Assembly: GCA_046597055.1 (NCBI GenBank)
Contig: JBKJLC010000297.1
Coordinates: 39,743 to 103,742 of the forward strand
Direction: 5' to 3'
DNA length: 64,000 bases
Source: Kofleriaceae bacterium
Lineage (GTDB): Bacteria; Myxococcota_A; Polyangia; Haliangiales; Haliangiaceae
Below are positions 20,316-33,552 of the stretch, one piece after another. The position numbers and the translations under genes are program-made. The notes below the pieces were generated by a model. The model saw only the letters and a list, made by a program, of their open reading frames with translations. It was not told the DNA's origin and searched no databases. The first letter of the stretch is position 1. Every line of letters starts with the position of its first letter.

Positions 20316-21032
20316 TCAGTCACCGAAGCTGGACGCGCCGTCCCAGCGCATCGGCGCCTGCAGGTCCACGCCCTCGGCGCGCAGGCGCGGCGCATGGTCG
20401 GGCGCGATGCGGCGGAGGTCGGCCGGCACCACCCGATGGACCGGCAGCGCCGACCCGGTGGCCAGCTGGCGGAGCAAGGGCGGGAACGCGCGACAGTACG
20501 AACGCTGGACGCCGACCACCGTGGCCAGCTGCGCGTACGTGAGGATCTGCCCGGGCGGTACCTGCGCGATCACCGCGGCGACCCGGGCCTGCCAGCGCTC
20601 GGCCAGCGGCGGCTGGCGGTCGGGCTCGACCTCGACCGCGGCGCCGGGGACCAGCCGGCCGGAGGTGACGACCCGGGCCAGCCGGCCGCGGGTGGCCCGG
20701 ACCTCTCGTGCCAGGCCCGGTCGCACCCGCTCGAGCAGCGCGCACGACTCGCACGCCAGCGTGATGCGCAGGCGCACGTCGCCCGTGCGCAGCACGGTGC
20801 CCGACGGCAGCGCGTCGACGTCGCCCTCGACCACGAGATTGCCGCGCAGATCGCCGGCGGCCAGCCGCGCCGTCGCGACCACGGCGGCGCTCACCAGCAG
20901 CACCTGGCGCGGGCTCGCCGGGTCCTGGTTGCAGTCGTGGTCGAGCCCGAGCCCCGCCCGGGCCTCGGCGCTCGCCACCGTCTGCATCGGGCAGCGGTGC
21001 GCGGGCTTCAGGTGAATCGATCGAATCCGCAT
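20316..21032 (-). CDS. MOSC domain fused to alkyltransferase-like (MGMT/ATL) DNA-binding domain
   Basis: N-terminal RQVLLV, LRGNLVVEG, LRITLACESC (MOSC); C-terminal VPPGQILTYAQLA...LPVHRVV. Confidence 0.78.
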   Translation of the reverse strand: MRIRSIHLKPAHRCPMQTVASAEARAGLGLDHDCNQDPASPRQVLLVSAAVVATARLAAGDLRGNLVVEGDVDALPSGTVLRTGDVRLRITLACESCALLERVRPGLAREVRATRGRLARVVTSGRLVPGAAVEVEPDRQPPLAERWQARVAAVIAQVPPGQILTYAQLATVVGVQRSYCRAFPPLLRQLATGSALPVHRVVPADLRRIAPDHAPRLRAEGVDLQAPMRWDGASSFGD

Positions 21033-21366
21033 CGCGACACCGACCGGAGGCGGCCCGCGATCCGTAGCAGGTCTGGCGGCTGCGCCGAGCCATCCCGTCG
21101 GCGCCCGCGCGGCACATGCGGCGCACCGCACCGGCGCTGACCGCCGCGGGCGCAAGCCGGATGCGGAGTGGTCCCACCGGTCGGCACGGGGACCGCGCGG
21201 CGCGGCCTGCTTCCTGACGCCGGTTCGAGGCCCGCCCCGCGCGCGGCAATAACGTCGGGGGTGTAGGCGTTGATCTGACGTGGCCCAAGCAGCTGGAACA
21301 ACTCGTCTGGCCCCGTCACATCCGGAGCCCGCGCGGCGCTCTGGGTTTGATATGAAGGCCCCCGCG

Positions 21367-22785
<1,419 letters not shown>

Positions 22786-22854
22786 TCCGATGTGGGATCC
22801 GCGCCCCAGCTCCGCTCGGACTCGGATGGGTCGGGCCTCCGGCCTGGACGGCGT

Positions 22855-22904
22855 CCTTCGTCGGCGCCGGTCGCTCCGCACCGGGCTGCGCTCAGGACGA
22901 ACGG
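22855..22904. repeat. REP-like element, family B copy 1
   Basis: CCTTCGTC-hairpin-GCTCAGGACGAACGG; similar to 45496-45544. Confidence 0.6.
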
Positions 22905-22977
22905 CAGGGCTCGAGGTCCTCGGCGGACCTGACCGACACGCGGTCCCGACCCCGCCGCCGATCCTGGGAGAGCGGTC

Positions 22978-23970
22978 GTGACCGTCGCGGACGACGTCCT
23001 GATCGGCGACGAGCCGGTCGAGGGCGACGGACCGGCGATCGCGAATCCGCGGTCGGTGCTCGGCGGCGAGGCGCGGGCGGCGTTGCTGGCGCTGGCCGGC
23101 GAGGACGTGCGGTTCGACGAGCCGATGCGGCGGCACACCACCGCGCGGATCGGGGGGCCGGCCGACGCGCTGGTGCGGCCCTCGACCCGCGAGCGGCTGG
23201 AAGCGCTGGTGCGCTGGTGCGCCGAGACCGCCGTGCCGGTGACGGTGATCGGCGGTGGGTCCAACCTGCTGGTGCAGGACGCCGGCGTGCGCGGGGTGGT
23301 GCTGGCGACCGGCCGGCTGCGGCGGATCGAGCTGGCGTCCGCCACCGCGATCGAGGTCGAGGCCGGGGTGTCGACCGGCAAGGTGCTGTCGCTCGCGATG
23401 AAGCACGACCTCGGCGGCGTCGAGTTCCTCGGCGGCGTGCCGGGGTCGGTCGGCGGCGGGCTGATCATGAACGCCGGCACCTATCTCGGCGAGTTCACCA
23501 GCGTGACCCGCTGGGTCGAGAGTGTCCGGCTTGCGGACGGTGCCCGGGTCCGCCGCGACCACGCCGCGTGTGGCTTCCGCTACCGGGCCAGCGACCTGCC
23601 GGCGACCGAGATCGTGGTGGCGGCGCGGCTCGAGCTGCGGCCGCGGCCGCGGGCCGAGATCGAGGCCGAGGTGAAGGCGCTGCGCCGGCGCCGGGCCGAG
23701 CGCGAGCCGACCAAGGTGTCGTCGAACGGCTCGACGTTCAAGAACCCGGCCGGCGGGTTCGCCGGTCGGCTGATCGAGGCGGCCGGGTGCAAGGGCTGGC
23801 GCGAGGGCGACGCGGTGTGCTCGCCGGTGCACGCCAACTGGCTGGTCAACGTCGGCGCGGCCACCTGTGCCGAGCTGCTGGCGCTGATCGAACGCGTACG
23901 CAGCCGCGTGCGCGAGGTCCACGGCGTCGAGCTGGAGCTCGAGGTCAAGGTCATCGGAGACGCGACATGA
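22978..23970 (+). CDS. murB: UDP-N-acetylenolpyruvoylglucosamine reductase
   Basis: HTTARIGGPA, GGGSNLLV, PGSVGG, MNAG, GSTFKNP, HANW. Confidence 0.95.
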   Translation: MTVADDVLIGDEPVEGDGPAIANPRSVLGGEARAALLALAGEDVRFDEPMRRHTTARIGGPADALVRPSTRERLEALVRWCAETAVPVTVIGGGSNLLVQDAGVRGVVLATGRLRRIELASATAIEVEAGVSTGKVLSLAMKHDLGGVEFLGGVPGSVGGGLIMNAGTYLGEFTSVTRWVESVRLADGARVRRDHAACGFRYRASDLPATEIVVAARLELRPRPRAEIEAEVKALRRRRAEREPTKVSSNGSTFKNPAGGFAGRLIEAAGCKGWREGDAVCSPVHANWLVNVGAATCAELLALIERVRSRVREVHGVELELEVKVIGDAT

Positions 23971-24908
23971 TCGAACGATTTCGCGGCAAGCGCATCGCCG
24001 TCCTCCTGGGCGGTCTCTCGGCCGAGCGCGAGGTCGCGCTCAAGACCGGCGGCGGCGTGCTCGCCGCGCTGCAAGAGCTCGGCTACGACGCGATCGGGAT
24101 CGACTGGAAGCTGGGCACCTCGCTGCCCCAGCTGCTCGCCGACGCCGGCGCCGCGGTGGTGTGGAACGCGCTGCACGGGACCTACGGCGAGGACGGCGCG
24201 GTCCAGGGCCTGTGCGCCTGCCTGGGCCTGCCGTGCACCGGCTCCGGCATCCTCGCCAGCGCGCTGGCGATGGACAAGATCGCGAGCAAGCGCATCTTCG
24301 AGCACCACGGGCTGCCGACCCCGCGCTGGCGCACGCTGCCCGGCGCGGGCGACGGCCCGGACGATGGCAGCGACGGCCCGGCCGCGCTCGCCGACTGGCC
24401 GCTGCCGCTGGTGATCAAGCCGGCCGACGAGGGCAGCTCGGTCGGCGTCTCGGTGGTCGAGCACCGCGACGACGTCGCCGCCGCGGTCGCGCTGGCGCGC
24501 CGCTGCCACGGCCCGGTGCTGGTCGAGGACTACATCGCCGGCACCGAGGTGTTCGTCGGCATCCTCGACGGCGATGTGCTCGGCTCGGTCGAGGTGCGCC
24601 CGGCGACCCGGTTCTACGACTACGAGGCCAAGTACCTGCGCAACGACACCACCTACCTGGTGCCGCCCGAGCTGCCCGCCGACGTGGTCGCCCGCGCCAG
24701 CGCCCACGCGCTGGCCGCGTACCAGGCGCTCGGCTGCTCCGGCCACGCCCGGCCCGACCTGCGGATCGATCGCAACGGCGACGCCTGGATCCTCGAGGTC
24801 AACACCCTCCCCGGCATGACCGCGACCAGCCTGCTACCGAAGATCGCGAAGCACGCCGGCATGTCGTACCCGGCGCTGTGCGAGCGCATCCTGGCGTCGG
24901 CGCGCTGA
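23967..24908 (+). CDS. ddl: D-alanine--D-alanine ligase
   Basis: ATGA overlap; GGLSAEREV, LHGTYGEDG, EGSSVG, FYDYEAKY, EVNTLPGMT. Confidence 0.95.
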   Translation: MIERFRGKRIAVLLGGLSAEREVALKTGGGVLAALQELGYDAIGIDWKLGTSLPQLLADAGAAVVWNALHGTYGEDGAVQGLCACLGLPCTGSGILASALAMDKIASKRIFEHHGLPTPRWRTLPGAGDGPDDGSDGPAALADWPLPLVIKPADEGSSVGVSVVEHRDDVAAAVALARRCHGPVLVEDYIAGTEVFVGILDGDVLGSVEVRPATRFYDYEAKYLRNDTTYLVPPELPADVVARASAHALAAYQALGCSGHARPDLRIDRNGDAWILEVNTLPGMTATSLLPKIAKHAGMSYPALCERILASAR

Positions 24909-24911
24909 GGC

Positions 24912-24980
24912 GAGCGAAGCGAGGCGGCTCGGGTTCCGTACAGATCGGGCGCGGGCTCAGGCCCGCGGCCGACCGATCGA
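24912..24980. repeat. dispersed REP-like palindromic repeat, family A copy 2
   Basis: Near-identical to 8590-8657; just after the ddl stop codon. Confidence 0.75.
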
Positions 24981-25027
24981 AAGGGTGGGTGGGAAGCGAA
25001 TGCTTCACACCCACCGACCGCCGCAGC

Positions 25028-25831
25028 TCAGACCAGCGACGCCGAGTCGGCGTGCTCGGCGCCCCAGCCATCGTAGTCGCCGCCGAGCGGGAGAATCACG
25101 TCGAGGATCTCCTCGACGAACTCGTCGGCGCGATCCTCGGCCAGGTGGTCGACCCGGTGGAACTGCAGCGCCCAGCGCGGGCCGGCGTCGGCCTCGTCGG
25201 CGGCGGCCTCGGGCGCGACCGGTTCGCCGACATCGTCGGTGGTGAAGCCGACCGCGCGCAGGGCCGCGCCCGCCCGCTCGGCCTCGGGCTTCGAGGCGAA
25301 GTGCGCGAGGTGATCGATCGGTCGCGCCAGCGCGAGCGTGTCGCCGTTCTCGGCGAACACCGCCAGCAGCCGCCGGTTCATCATCGACTGGATCGAGTAG
25401 GCGTCGGGCGCGAGGAAGTCGAGGTACTGGCGCCACTCGGCGTCGTCGACCACCGCCCACTCCGGCGTGTAGCCGTCGGGCGGCGCGCCGGTCAGCGTGG
25501 GCAGGTCGTCGAGCGCGTCGCGGTGCGCAGCCGGCACGTACAGGAACAGCTGGGTGGCGCCGTCGTGAACGACCCGACCGGCGTAGATCGCGTCGAGCCG
25601 CTGCTCGAGCGCGTCGACGAACTGATCCTCGAGCGCACCCAGCGGCTCGAGCTCGCTGTTGTCGCGCAGGCCGTCCTCCCGCGCGGCCAGCATCGGCACC
25701 TTGATCTCGAGCAGGAGCGGATGGGTCGCGACCGGCGCATGCTCGCCGGCGGTGAGATCGAGGACGAACGACGCCGGCTTGCCGTCGATCGTCGCCACGT
25801 AGAAGTCGAAGTTCTGCTCCCAGCGCGCCAT
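25028..25831 (-). CDS. DUF695 / RraB-like domain protein
   Basis: WEQNFDFYVATIDGKPAS, GDTLALARPIDH, C-terminal GGDYDGWG. Confidence 0.8.
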   Translation of the reverse strand: MARWEQNFDFYVATIDGKPASFVLDLTAGEHAPVATHPLLLEIKVPMLAAREDGLRDNSELEPLGALEDQFVDALEQRLDAIYAGRVVHDGATQLFLYVPAAHRDALDDLPTLTGAPPDGYTPEWAVVDDAEWRQYLDFLAPDAYSIQSMMNRRLLAVFAENGDTLALARPIDHLAHFASKPEAERAGAALRAVGFTTDDVGEPVAPEAAADEADAGPRWALQFHRVDHLAEDRADEFVEEILDVILPLGGDYDGWGAEHADSASLV

Positions 25832-25886
25832 GCCCGGACCGTACGCCGCGGGCCCGGCTGGCACAACCGAGCGGCCAGCGCGCCCG

Positions 25887-27542
25887 TCAGCCGGCGGGCG
25901 GCTTGGCCGACAGCGCGGCGATCGCCGCATCGGCCGCGGCCTGGAGGCACGCGTTGGGCCGCGACGATCCGTAGCCGAGCACGCCGCCCCGCCGGCGGTT
26001 GCGCGCCCGCTTGAGCGCGGCCACCGCGCGCGGATCGCCGAGCGCGCGCAGCCGCGCGACCGCCGCCTTGCGCACCGGGCAGGTCTTGCCGTTCACGAGC
26101 ACCTGCAGCGCGGCCTGATAGGCATCGTCGGACGCCGGCGCTACCGCCGATGCCGATGCCGATGCCGATGCCGCTGTGGCGGCTGCTGCGGCTGCCGGTG
26201 CCGCTGCCGCTGCCGCTGCCGCTGCCGGTGCCGCTGCCGCTGCCGGTGCCGGTGCCGCTGCCGCTGCCGATCCCGATCCCGATCCCGGTCCCGGCCCCGC
26301 CGCCGCGTCCGGCCCCGCCACCGCCGACCCCACCGCCCCCGCCGCCAGCCCCCCGCCCGCCGCCCCGACCACCGGCGGATTCGACGCACTCGCGATCGCT
26401 GCGATCACCCCGACCACCAGCAGCCCGCCCACGCCCCACGCCGCGACCCGTCGCCGCTGCCCACGCTCGCGCGTCCACGGGAACGTCGCGTACAGCCAGG
26501 CCCGCATGCCCTCGGGTGGCGGCTCGGGCACCGCCGCCCGCATGGCGCTCACGGCATACGCGGCCGGCATCGGCACGCTCGGCGTCGGCTCCCCGAACCC
26601 GACCGCCAGCGCCGCGTGTGGCCACGAGCCCGAGCGCCCGCGCACGTCGTCGAGCGCGGCCGCGAACGCGTTGGCGTCGGCGAACCGGTCCTCCTTCTGC
26701 TTGGCCAGGCCCCGGCGCACGATCAGCTCGAGCATCTCGGGCACGACCAGGTCGGGCGCGACCTCGCCGAACCACGGTGGCTCGACCACCACGTGGGCGG
26801 TCAGCATCGCGATCGGCTCGCGGTCGGCGAACGGCGTGCGGCCGGTCAACATCTCGTAGAGCACGATCGATAGCGAGTACAGATCGCAGCGGCCGTCGAG
26901 CTCGCCGCCCAGCGCCTGCTCGGGCGACAGGTACGCCGGGGTGCCGACCACCAGCCCGACCCGGGTCACGTTGGCGTCGCCGCCATCGAGCGTGCGCGCG
27001 ATGCCGAAGTCGACGATCTTCGCGAAGTCCGGATCGTCCTCGTCCTCGACCAGGAAGATGTTGTCGGGCTTGATGTCGCGGTGCACCACCTGCTGCTCGT
27101 GGGCATGGGCGAGCCCGCGGGCGACGTGGCGCGCGATCGAGATCGCGTGCGGCCACGGGATCGGTCCGTCGCGATCGAGCCGGTCGCCAAGGGTCTCGCC
27201 GCGCAGGTGCTCCATGACCAGGTAGAGCGAGCCGTCCTCGCGGACGCCGAAGTCGGAGGTGGCGACGACGTTCTTGTGGACGACCCGGGCCGCGGCCTGG
27301 GCCTCGCGCTCGAAGCGCGCGAGCGCGTCGGCGTGCGCGCCGAGCTCGGGCCGCAGCACCTTGACCGCGACCACGCGGCCCATGCCGACATGCTCGGCCC
27401 GGTACACCGCGCCCATGCCCCCGAGCCCGATCCGCTCGAGCAGCCGGTAGCGCCCATCGACGATCGCGCCGAGATCGGGGTCGCTGGCATCGTCAGCCTC
27501 GGCCACCGAGGCCGGTGTCGACGTCGAGGGGGGGCCACGCAC
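25887..27542 (-). CDS. membrane Ser/Thr protein kinase (Hanks type); start approximate
   Basis: IGLGGMGAVY, VAVKVL, VHRDIKPDN, DFGIAR, GTPAYLSPEQ; TM helix; low-complexity linker. Confidence 0.92.
   Translation of the reverse strand: MRGPPSTSTPASVAEADDASDPDLGAIVDGRYRLLERIGLGGMGAVYRAEHVGMGRVVAVKVLRPELGAHADALARFEREAQAAARVVHKNVVATSDFGVREDGSLYLVMEHLRGETLGDRLDRDGPIPWPHAISIARHVARGLAHAHEQQVVHRDIKPDNIFLVEDEDDPDFAKIVDFGIARTLDGGDANVTRVGLVVGTPAYLSPEQALGGELDGRCDLYSLSIVLYEMLTGRTPFADREPIAMLTAHVVVEPPWFGEVAPDLVVPEMLELIVRRGLAKQKEDRFADANAFAAALDDVRGRSGSWPHAALAVGFGEPTPSVPMPAAYAVSAMRAAVPEPPPEGMRAWLYATFPWTRERGQRRRVAAWGVGGLLVVGVIAAIASASNPPVVGAAGGGLAAGAVGSAVAGPDAAAGPGPGSGSGSAAAAAPAPAAAAAPAAAAAAAAAPAAAAAATAASASASASAVAPASDDAYQAALQVLVNGKTCPVRKAAVARLRALGDPRAVAALKRARNRRRGGVLGYGSSRPNACLQAAADAAIAALSAKPPAG
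26146..26290. repeat. hexamer tandem repeat tract (GCCGAT/GCCGCT/GCCGGT/CCCGAT)n inside the kinase
   Basis: Visible tandem 6-mers encoding GSGS, AAAP and ASAS runs. Confidence 0.85.
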
Positions 27543-27674
27543 CGCCGCTAATGTACCGCGAACCCACCGGAACGCCTCGCGCAGACCGCGCGCCAGGGCC
27601 CGGAATGCCAGGTGTTTCACGAAGTCGGCGCACACCTCCCGGGCCTGTGGCACGCTCACCTCGTGCTCGCACGT

Positions 27675-27920
27675 GTGCGCTGGTTCGGCCTCACCGTGGT
27701 CGTGTCGCTCGGCCTGGCGGCGCCGGCCGAGGCGCAACTCTGGAAGCCCAAGAAGAAGCCGGCCGCCACCGCCGCGCGGCCGACCAAGGCCAAGCCCGCG
27801 CCCACCAAGGCCTCGGCCTCGGAGCGCCCGGCGCGCAAGGCCAAGAAGAAGCCGACCCGGCGCGCCCGCGCCGCGCCGCGCTTCGACGACGACCCGATCA
27901 TCGTCATCGAAGATCCATAG
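27675..27920 (+). CDS. small secreted Lys/Ala-rich protein
   Basis: Signal peptide ending AEA-QLWKPKKK; acidic C-terminal DDDPIIVIEDP. Confidence 0.55.
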   Translation: MRWFGLTVVVSLGLAAPAEAQLWKPKKKPAATAARPTKAKPAPTKASASERPARKAKKKPTRRARAAPRFDDDPIIVIEDP

Positions 27921-28054
27921 CGGCGTGCGGTGGCGTGCGGTGACGCGCGCACCTGAACGTCCGTGCACGGAGCAGATCCGGATCACCACAAAAGGGTGGT
28001 CAGGTCAGGTCGAAAAGTTGGCCGCGCGATCGGGCCATGCCTATTTCGCTGACG

Positions 28055-28972
28055 ATGGAGCGATCTCGCCGGGCGCCGAGGGGCACACCGACCCGTTTTG
28101 ACGAACCGCGGATCCCGCGGACGTCACGGCTCGTGCTGCGGCCCAACCGACGGCAGACGCAGCCGCTGCTCGCCCGGCTACCGAGCGCGCACGAGTGCGT
28201 CGACTGCTGTGGGCGCGCGCTCCGCCGCGCGGTCCCGGCGCTGGTCGCGCTGCTGTGCGCGGGCGCGATCGGCACCGGCGCGTGGGCCGGCTGGCAATTC
28301 CTGACCACGTCGCGCCACTTCGCGGTCAGCGCGATCGAGATCCGCGGCACCCACCACGTCAGCCTCGACGAGGCGCGCGCGCTCCTGCCGTTCGCGCCGG
28401 GCGCCAACGTCTTCCGCCTCGACACCGGCGCCGCCGAGGCCGCGCTGCGCCGCCACCCGTGGGTGGCCGACGCCCGCGTCCACCGCGAGCTGCCCGACAC
28501 CGTCGTGATCGAGCTGCGCGAGCGCACCGCGGCCGCGGTGGTCGCCGCCGACGGCCTCTACCTGGTCGACGCCACCGGCAAGCCGTTCAAGCGGGCCGAG
28601 CTCGAGCGCGGCGAGGCCGCCGACCTGCCGATCGTCAGCGGCGTCACCCGCCAGCTGTACGCCGAGGCACCCGCGGTCGCCGGCGATCGCGTCAAGCGCG
28701 GCCTGGCCGTGCTCGCCGCCTGGCACGGCGCGGCCCGACCGAACGCCGGCGAGGTCGCGATCGATGGCCGCGGCGCGACCGTCTACACCTGGGACGACGC
28801 CATCGCGGTGCGCCTGGGCGCCGCCGAGGGCCCCGCGCTGGTCGCCAGCCTGGCTCGCTTCGACGCGGCCTGGGCCGCCCTGTCTCCCGAGGAGCGGCGG
28901 CGCACCCGCGCCGTCCACGTCGACAACGACACCCGCTCCGATCTTGTCACCGTCTCGTTCACGACCAACTGA
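28055..28972 (+). CDS. ftsQ: cell division protein FtsQ
   Basis: TM helix followed by a POTRA-like region (FAVSAIEIRG...HPWVADARVHRELPDTVVIELRER); directly upstream of ftsA. Confidence 0.9.
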   Translation: MERSRRAPRGTPTRFDEPRIPRTSRLVLRPNRRQTQPLLARLPSAHECVDCCGRALRRAVPALVALLCAGAIGTGAWAGWQFLTTSRHFAVSAIEIRGTHHVSLDEARALLPFAPGANVFRLDTGAAEAALRRHPWVADARVHRELPDTVVIELRERTAAAVVAADGLYLVDATGKPFKRAELERGEAADLPIVSGVTRQLYAEAPAVAGDRVKRGLAVLAAWHGAARPNAGEVAIDGRGATVYTWDDAIAVRLGAAEGPALVASLARFDAAWAALSPEERRRTRAVHVDNDTRSDLVTVSFTTN

Positions 28973-28983
28973 GCCCGATAAAC

Positions 28984-30219
<1,236 letters not shown>

Positions 30220-30306
30220 CGCCCGCGGATCGCGGCGGCGACGAAAAAGTTGCCCCGCGCGATCCACCGCTTTCATATGGACTTCATCAACGGGGAGATA
30301 CGACCC

Positions 30307-31722
30307 ATGGCACTGATCGAATTCGACGACACCAACCACGCCAAGATCCTCGTCATCGGGGTTGGCGGCGGTGGTGGCAACGCCGTCAACACGATGATCT
30401 CTGGCAACCTCGACGGCGTCGAGTTCGTGGCGGCCAACACCGACCGCCAGGCGCTCGAGGCCAACCTGGCGCCGCACAAGATCCAGCTCGGCTCGGGGCT
30501 GACCAAGGGGCTCGGCGCCGGCGCCAACCCCGAGGTCGGGCGCCGCTCGGCCGAGGAGAGCATCCAGCAGATCGCCGACGCGATCTCGGGCGCCGACATG
30601 GTCTTCGTGACCTGCGGCATGGGCGGCGGCACCGGCACCGGGGCCGCCCCGGTGATCGCGCAGGTCGCCCGTGACTGCGGCGCGCTGACCGTCGGCGTCG
30701 TCACCAAGCCGTTCGGCTTCGAGGGCAAGAAGCGCGGCCGCCACGCCGACGACGGCATCGGCAAGCTCGAGGCCGCGGTCGACACGCTGATCGTGATCCC
30801 GAACAACCGGCTGCTCGCGCTCGCCGGCAACCAGATGTCGATGGTCGACGCCTTCCGCCGCGCCGACTCGGTGCTGCTGAACGCGGTGCAGGGCATCAGC
30901 GATCTGATGACCGTGCCCGGCCTCATCAACGTCGACTTCGCCGACGTCCGCACGATCATGTGCGACATGGGCCGCGCGCTCATGGGCGCCGGGGTCGGCT
31001 CGGGCAAGAAGCGGGCGATGGAGGCCGCCGAGATGGCGATCAGCTCGCCGCTGCTCGAGGACGTCAGCATCCAGGGCGCCACCGGCATCCTGATCAACAT
31101 CACCGGCGGCCCCGACCTGACCCTGCACGAGGTCAACGAGGCGTCGACGCTGATCCAGCAGGCCGCCCACGAGGATGCCAACATCATCTTCGGCTCGGTG
31201 ATCGATCCCAACCTCACCGACGAGGTCCGCATCACCGTGATCGCGACCGGCTTCGAGCGCGCGGCGCGGATCGCGGCCGCGCCGCCGCCGTCCGCGCCGA
31301 CCCCGGTCCGCCACCGCTCGTCGCAGCAGGTGACGATGCCGTACGACCACAACTCGGTGGTGACCAAGGAGTACCCGGCGACGATCATCCCGCCCGCCCG
31401 CAAGGCGTCCGGCGAGATCAAGGCGCAGGCCTTGGTGGTCGAGGACGCCGAGGTCGACGTCGACTGGGGCGAGGGCGACATGAACTCGGTCGAGCGGGCG
31501 CTGGCCGATCTGTCGGTCGACGAGCCGGTCCCCGAGTCGGAGTACACGGCGCGGCTGGCGATGGGCTCGGGCCCGTCGGTCGCCGACGCGGTGCCGTCGC
31601 CGATGCCGGAGCGCAAGCGGACCCAGCCGCCGCGGCCGAGCCTGCGCGGCATCCTCGGCGACGAGGTCGAGAGCGAGCTGGACGTGCCGACGTTCATCCG
31701 CCGCCACACCGCCTCGCAGTGA
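30307..31722 (+). CDS. ftsZ: cell division protein FtsZ
   Basis: [26 protein letters not shown]-terminal [18 protein letters not shown]. Confidence 0.98.
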   Translation: MALIEFDDTNHAKILVIGVGGGGGNAVNTMISGNLDGVEFVAANTDRQALEANLAPHKIQLGSGLTKGLGAGANPEVGRRSAEESIQQIADAISGADMVFVTCGMGGGTGTGAAPVIAQVARDCGALTVGVVTKPFGFEGKKRGRHADDGIGKLEAAVDTLIVIPNNRLLALAGNQMSMVDAFRRADSVLLNAVQGISDLMTVPGLINVDFADVRTIMCDMGRALMGAGVGSGKKRAMEAAEMAISSPLLEDVSIQGATGILINITGGPDLTLHEVNEASTLIQQAAHEDANIIFGSVIDPNLTDEVRITVIATGFERAARIAAAPPPSAPTPVRHRSSQQVTMPYDHNSVVTKEYPATIIPPARKASGEIKAQALVVEDAEVDVDWGEGDMNSVERALADLSVDEPVPESEYTARLAMGSGPSVADAVPSPMPERKRTQPPRPSLRGILGDEVESELDVPTFIRRHTASQ

Positions 31723-31760
31723 CCGGTTTTCGTCGTACCTAGCCTGGCTTGACGTGTCTC

Positions 31761-31792
31761 GCGGGGAGCCCTCCGGCTCCCCGCCCGGTTTT
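31761..31792 (+). terminator. probable terminator hairpin after ftsZ
   Basis: 10-bp stem GCGGGGAGCC/GGCTCCCCGC, 4-nt loop, short T run after it. Confidence 0.5.
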
Positions 31793-31809
31793 CGGGTACG
31801 TTGGCCCCG

Positions 31810-32409
<600 letters not shown>

Positions 32410-32418
32410 GCGGCGCGG

Positions 32419-32673
32419 CTACAGCCCCGGCTCTTCGGCGTCGTGCGCGTGAGCGATCGCGGCGCGGACCTTGGGCTCCAGCCGCTCGAGCGCGACCACG
32501 ACCTTCTGCGCGTGCACGGCGGCGACCGCGTCGGTCGGGACGATGAAGTCGCCCGCGTTCTCGACGTACATCGTGAGGCTCCGGCCATCGGCCGCGACGT
32601 CGCGCACCGCGCCGAACGGATCCGCGCCGTCGCTGGTGTAGACCTGATACCCGACCTCGATGGCTTCGCGCAT
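32419..32673 (-). CDS. small hypothetical protein (PRC-barrel-like)
   Basis: GGAGG RBS; protein-like 84-aa ORF. Confidence 0.7.
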   Translation of the reverse strand: MREAIEVGYQVYTSDGADPFGAVRDVAADGRSLTMYVENAGDFIVPTDAVAAVHAQKVVVALERLEPKVRAAIAHAHDAEEPGL

Positions 32674-32749
32674 GGTCGCCTCCTGCGCCGAGTCTAGCGC
32701 CGGTCTCGGCGGTGGCGACCCGAGTTCGAGGGCGCCTGCGCGCCCGCGA

Positions 32750-33487
32750 TCACCAGGTCACGGCCAGCGTCGAGGTCACCAGCAGCGAGGTGTCGCGCGC
32801 AGGCGCCCGCATCACCACCGGCCCGGCGAGGCACTCGGTGCCGCGGCACTCGATGGTCGCGCCCATCGGCCGGCGATCCGACGCGGTGAGCTGCCAGCCG
32901 AGCTGCCAGCCGACCCGGGTCGGAAAGCCGCGCGGTTGCTCGAGCCGGTGATCGAGGTTGAGGCCGAACCCGAACACCGCGGTGGGGCGGCTGCCGTCGA
33001 TCGGAATCACCCGCGCCAGCTCGCTCGGCCGCGGCCGGGAGAAGTGATACCGCTGCTGGGCGAGGCCGGCCTCGGCGTAGAGCGCGAGCATGGAGTTGGC
33101 GCCGACCTGGCGGGGCCCCAGCCGGATCACGTCGGCCCGGCCCATGAGCCCGAGCCGCTGCAGGTAGCCGCGGCTCAGCGTCGACGGGCCCGGCTCCGAC
33201 AGCGCGGCGTACAGGTAGATGGCCTCGACGGTCAGGCGTCCGAACCTCGGACCGACCGCGAGGCTCGGACCGAGCGCGGTGTAGCGCTTGGCGTCGTGCA
33301 CGATGAAGCCGACCGCGCTGCCAGCGCGCAGGTTGGCGCCGGTGATGTCGTGCGGCTGGTAGGGATCTTCGACCCAGCTCGACGGTCGCGCCTGTGGCTC
33401 GTCGGCCCAGGCCGCGCTCGGGAGTGTGAATGCGAGCCACAGGGCAAACCCACCGCACCTCGCGTGCACGCATGCTTTCGCGGTCAT
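32750..33487 (-). CDS. putative outer-membrane beta-barrel-like protein
   Basis: Signal peptide (AAWA-D), alternating strands, terminal aromatic W. Confidence 0.6.
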   Translation of the reverse strand: MTAKACVHARCGGFALWLAFTLPSAAWADEPQARPSSWVEDPYQPHDITGANLRAGSAVGFIVHDAKRYTALGPSLAVGPRFGRLTVEAIYLYAALSEPGPSTLSRGYLQRLGLMGRADVIRLGPRQVGANSMLALYAEAGLAQQRYHFSRPRPSELARVIPIDGSRPTAVFGFGLNLDHRLEQPRGFPTRVGWQLGWQLTASDRRPMGATIECRGTECLAGPVVMRAPARDTSLLVTSTLAVTW

Positions 33488-33552
33488 GGACGGCCCTCCT
33501 CGACGGGTCCGCCGCGAAACTGCAGACGACGTGCCACGGCGGGCAGCGTCGG

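Noticed and set aside
21040..21350. tRNA or riboswitch upstream of murC (GGTTCGAG present)
   Set aside because: No cloverleaf or recognisable riboswitch consensus could be built; probably a promoter region.
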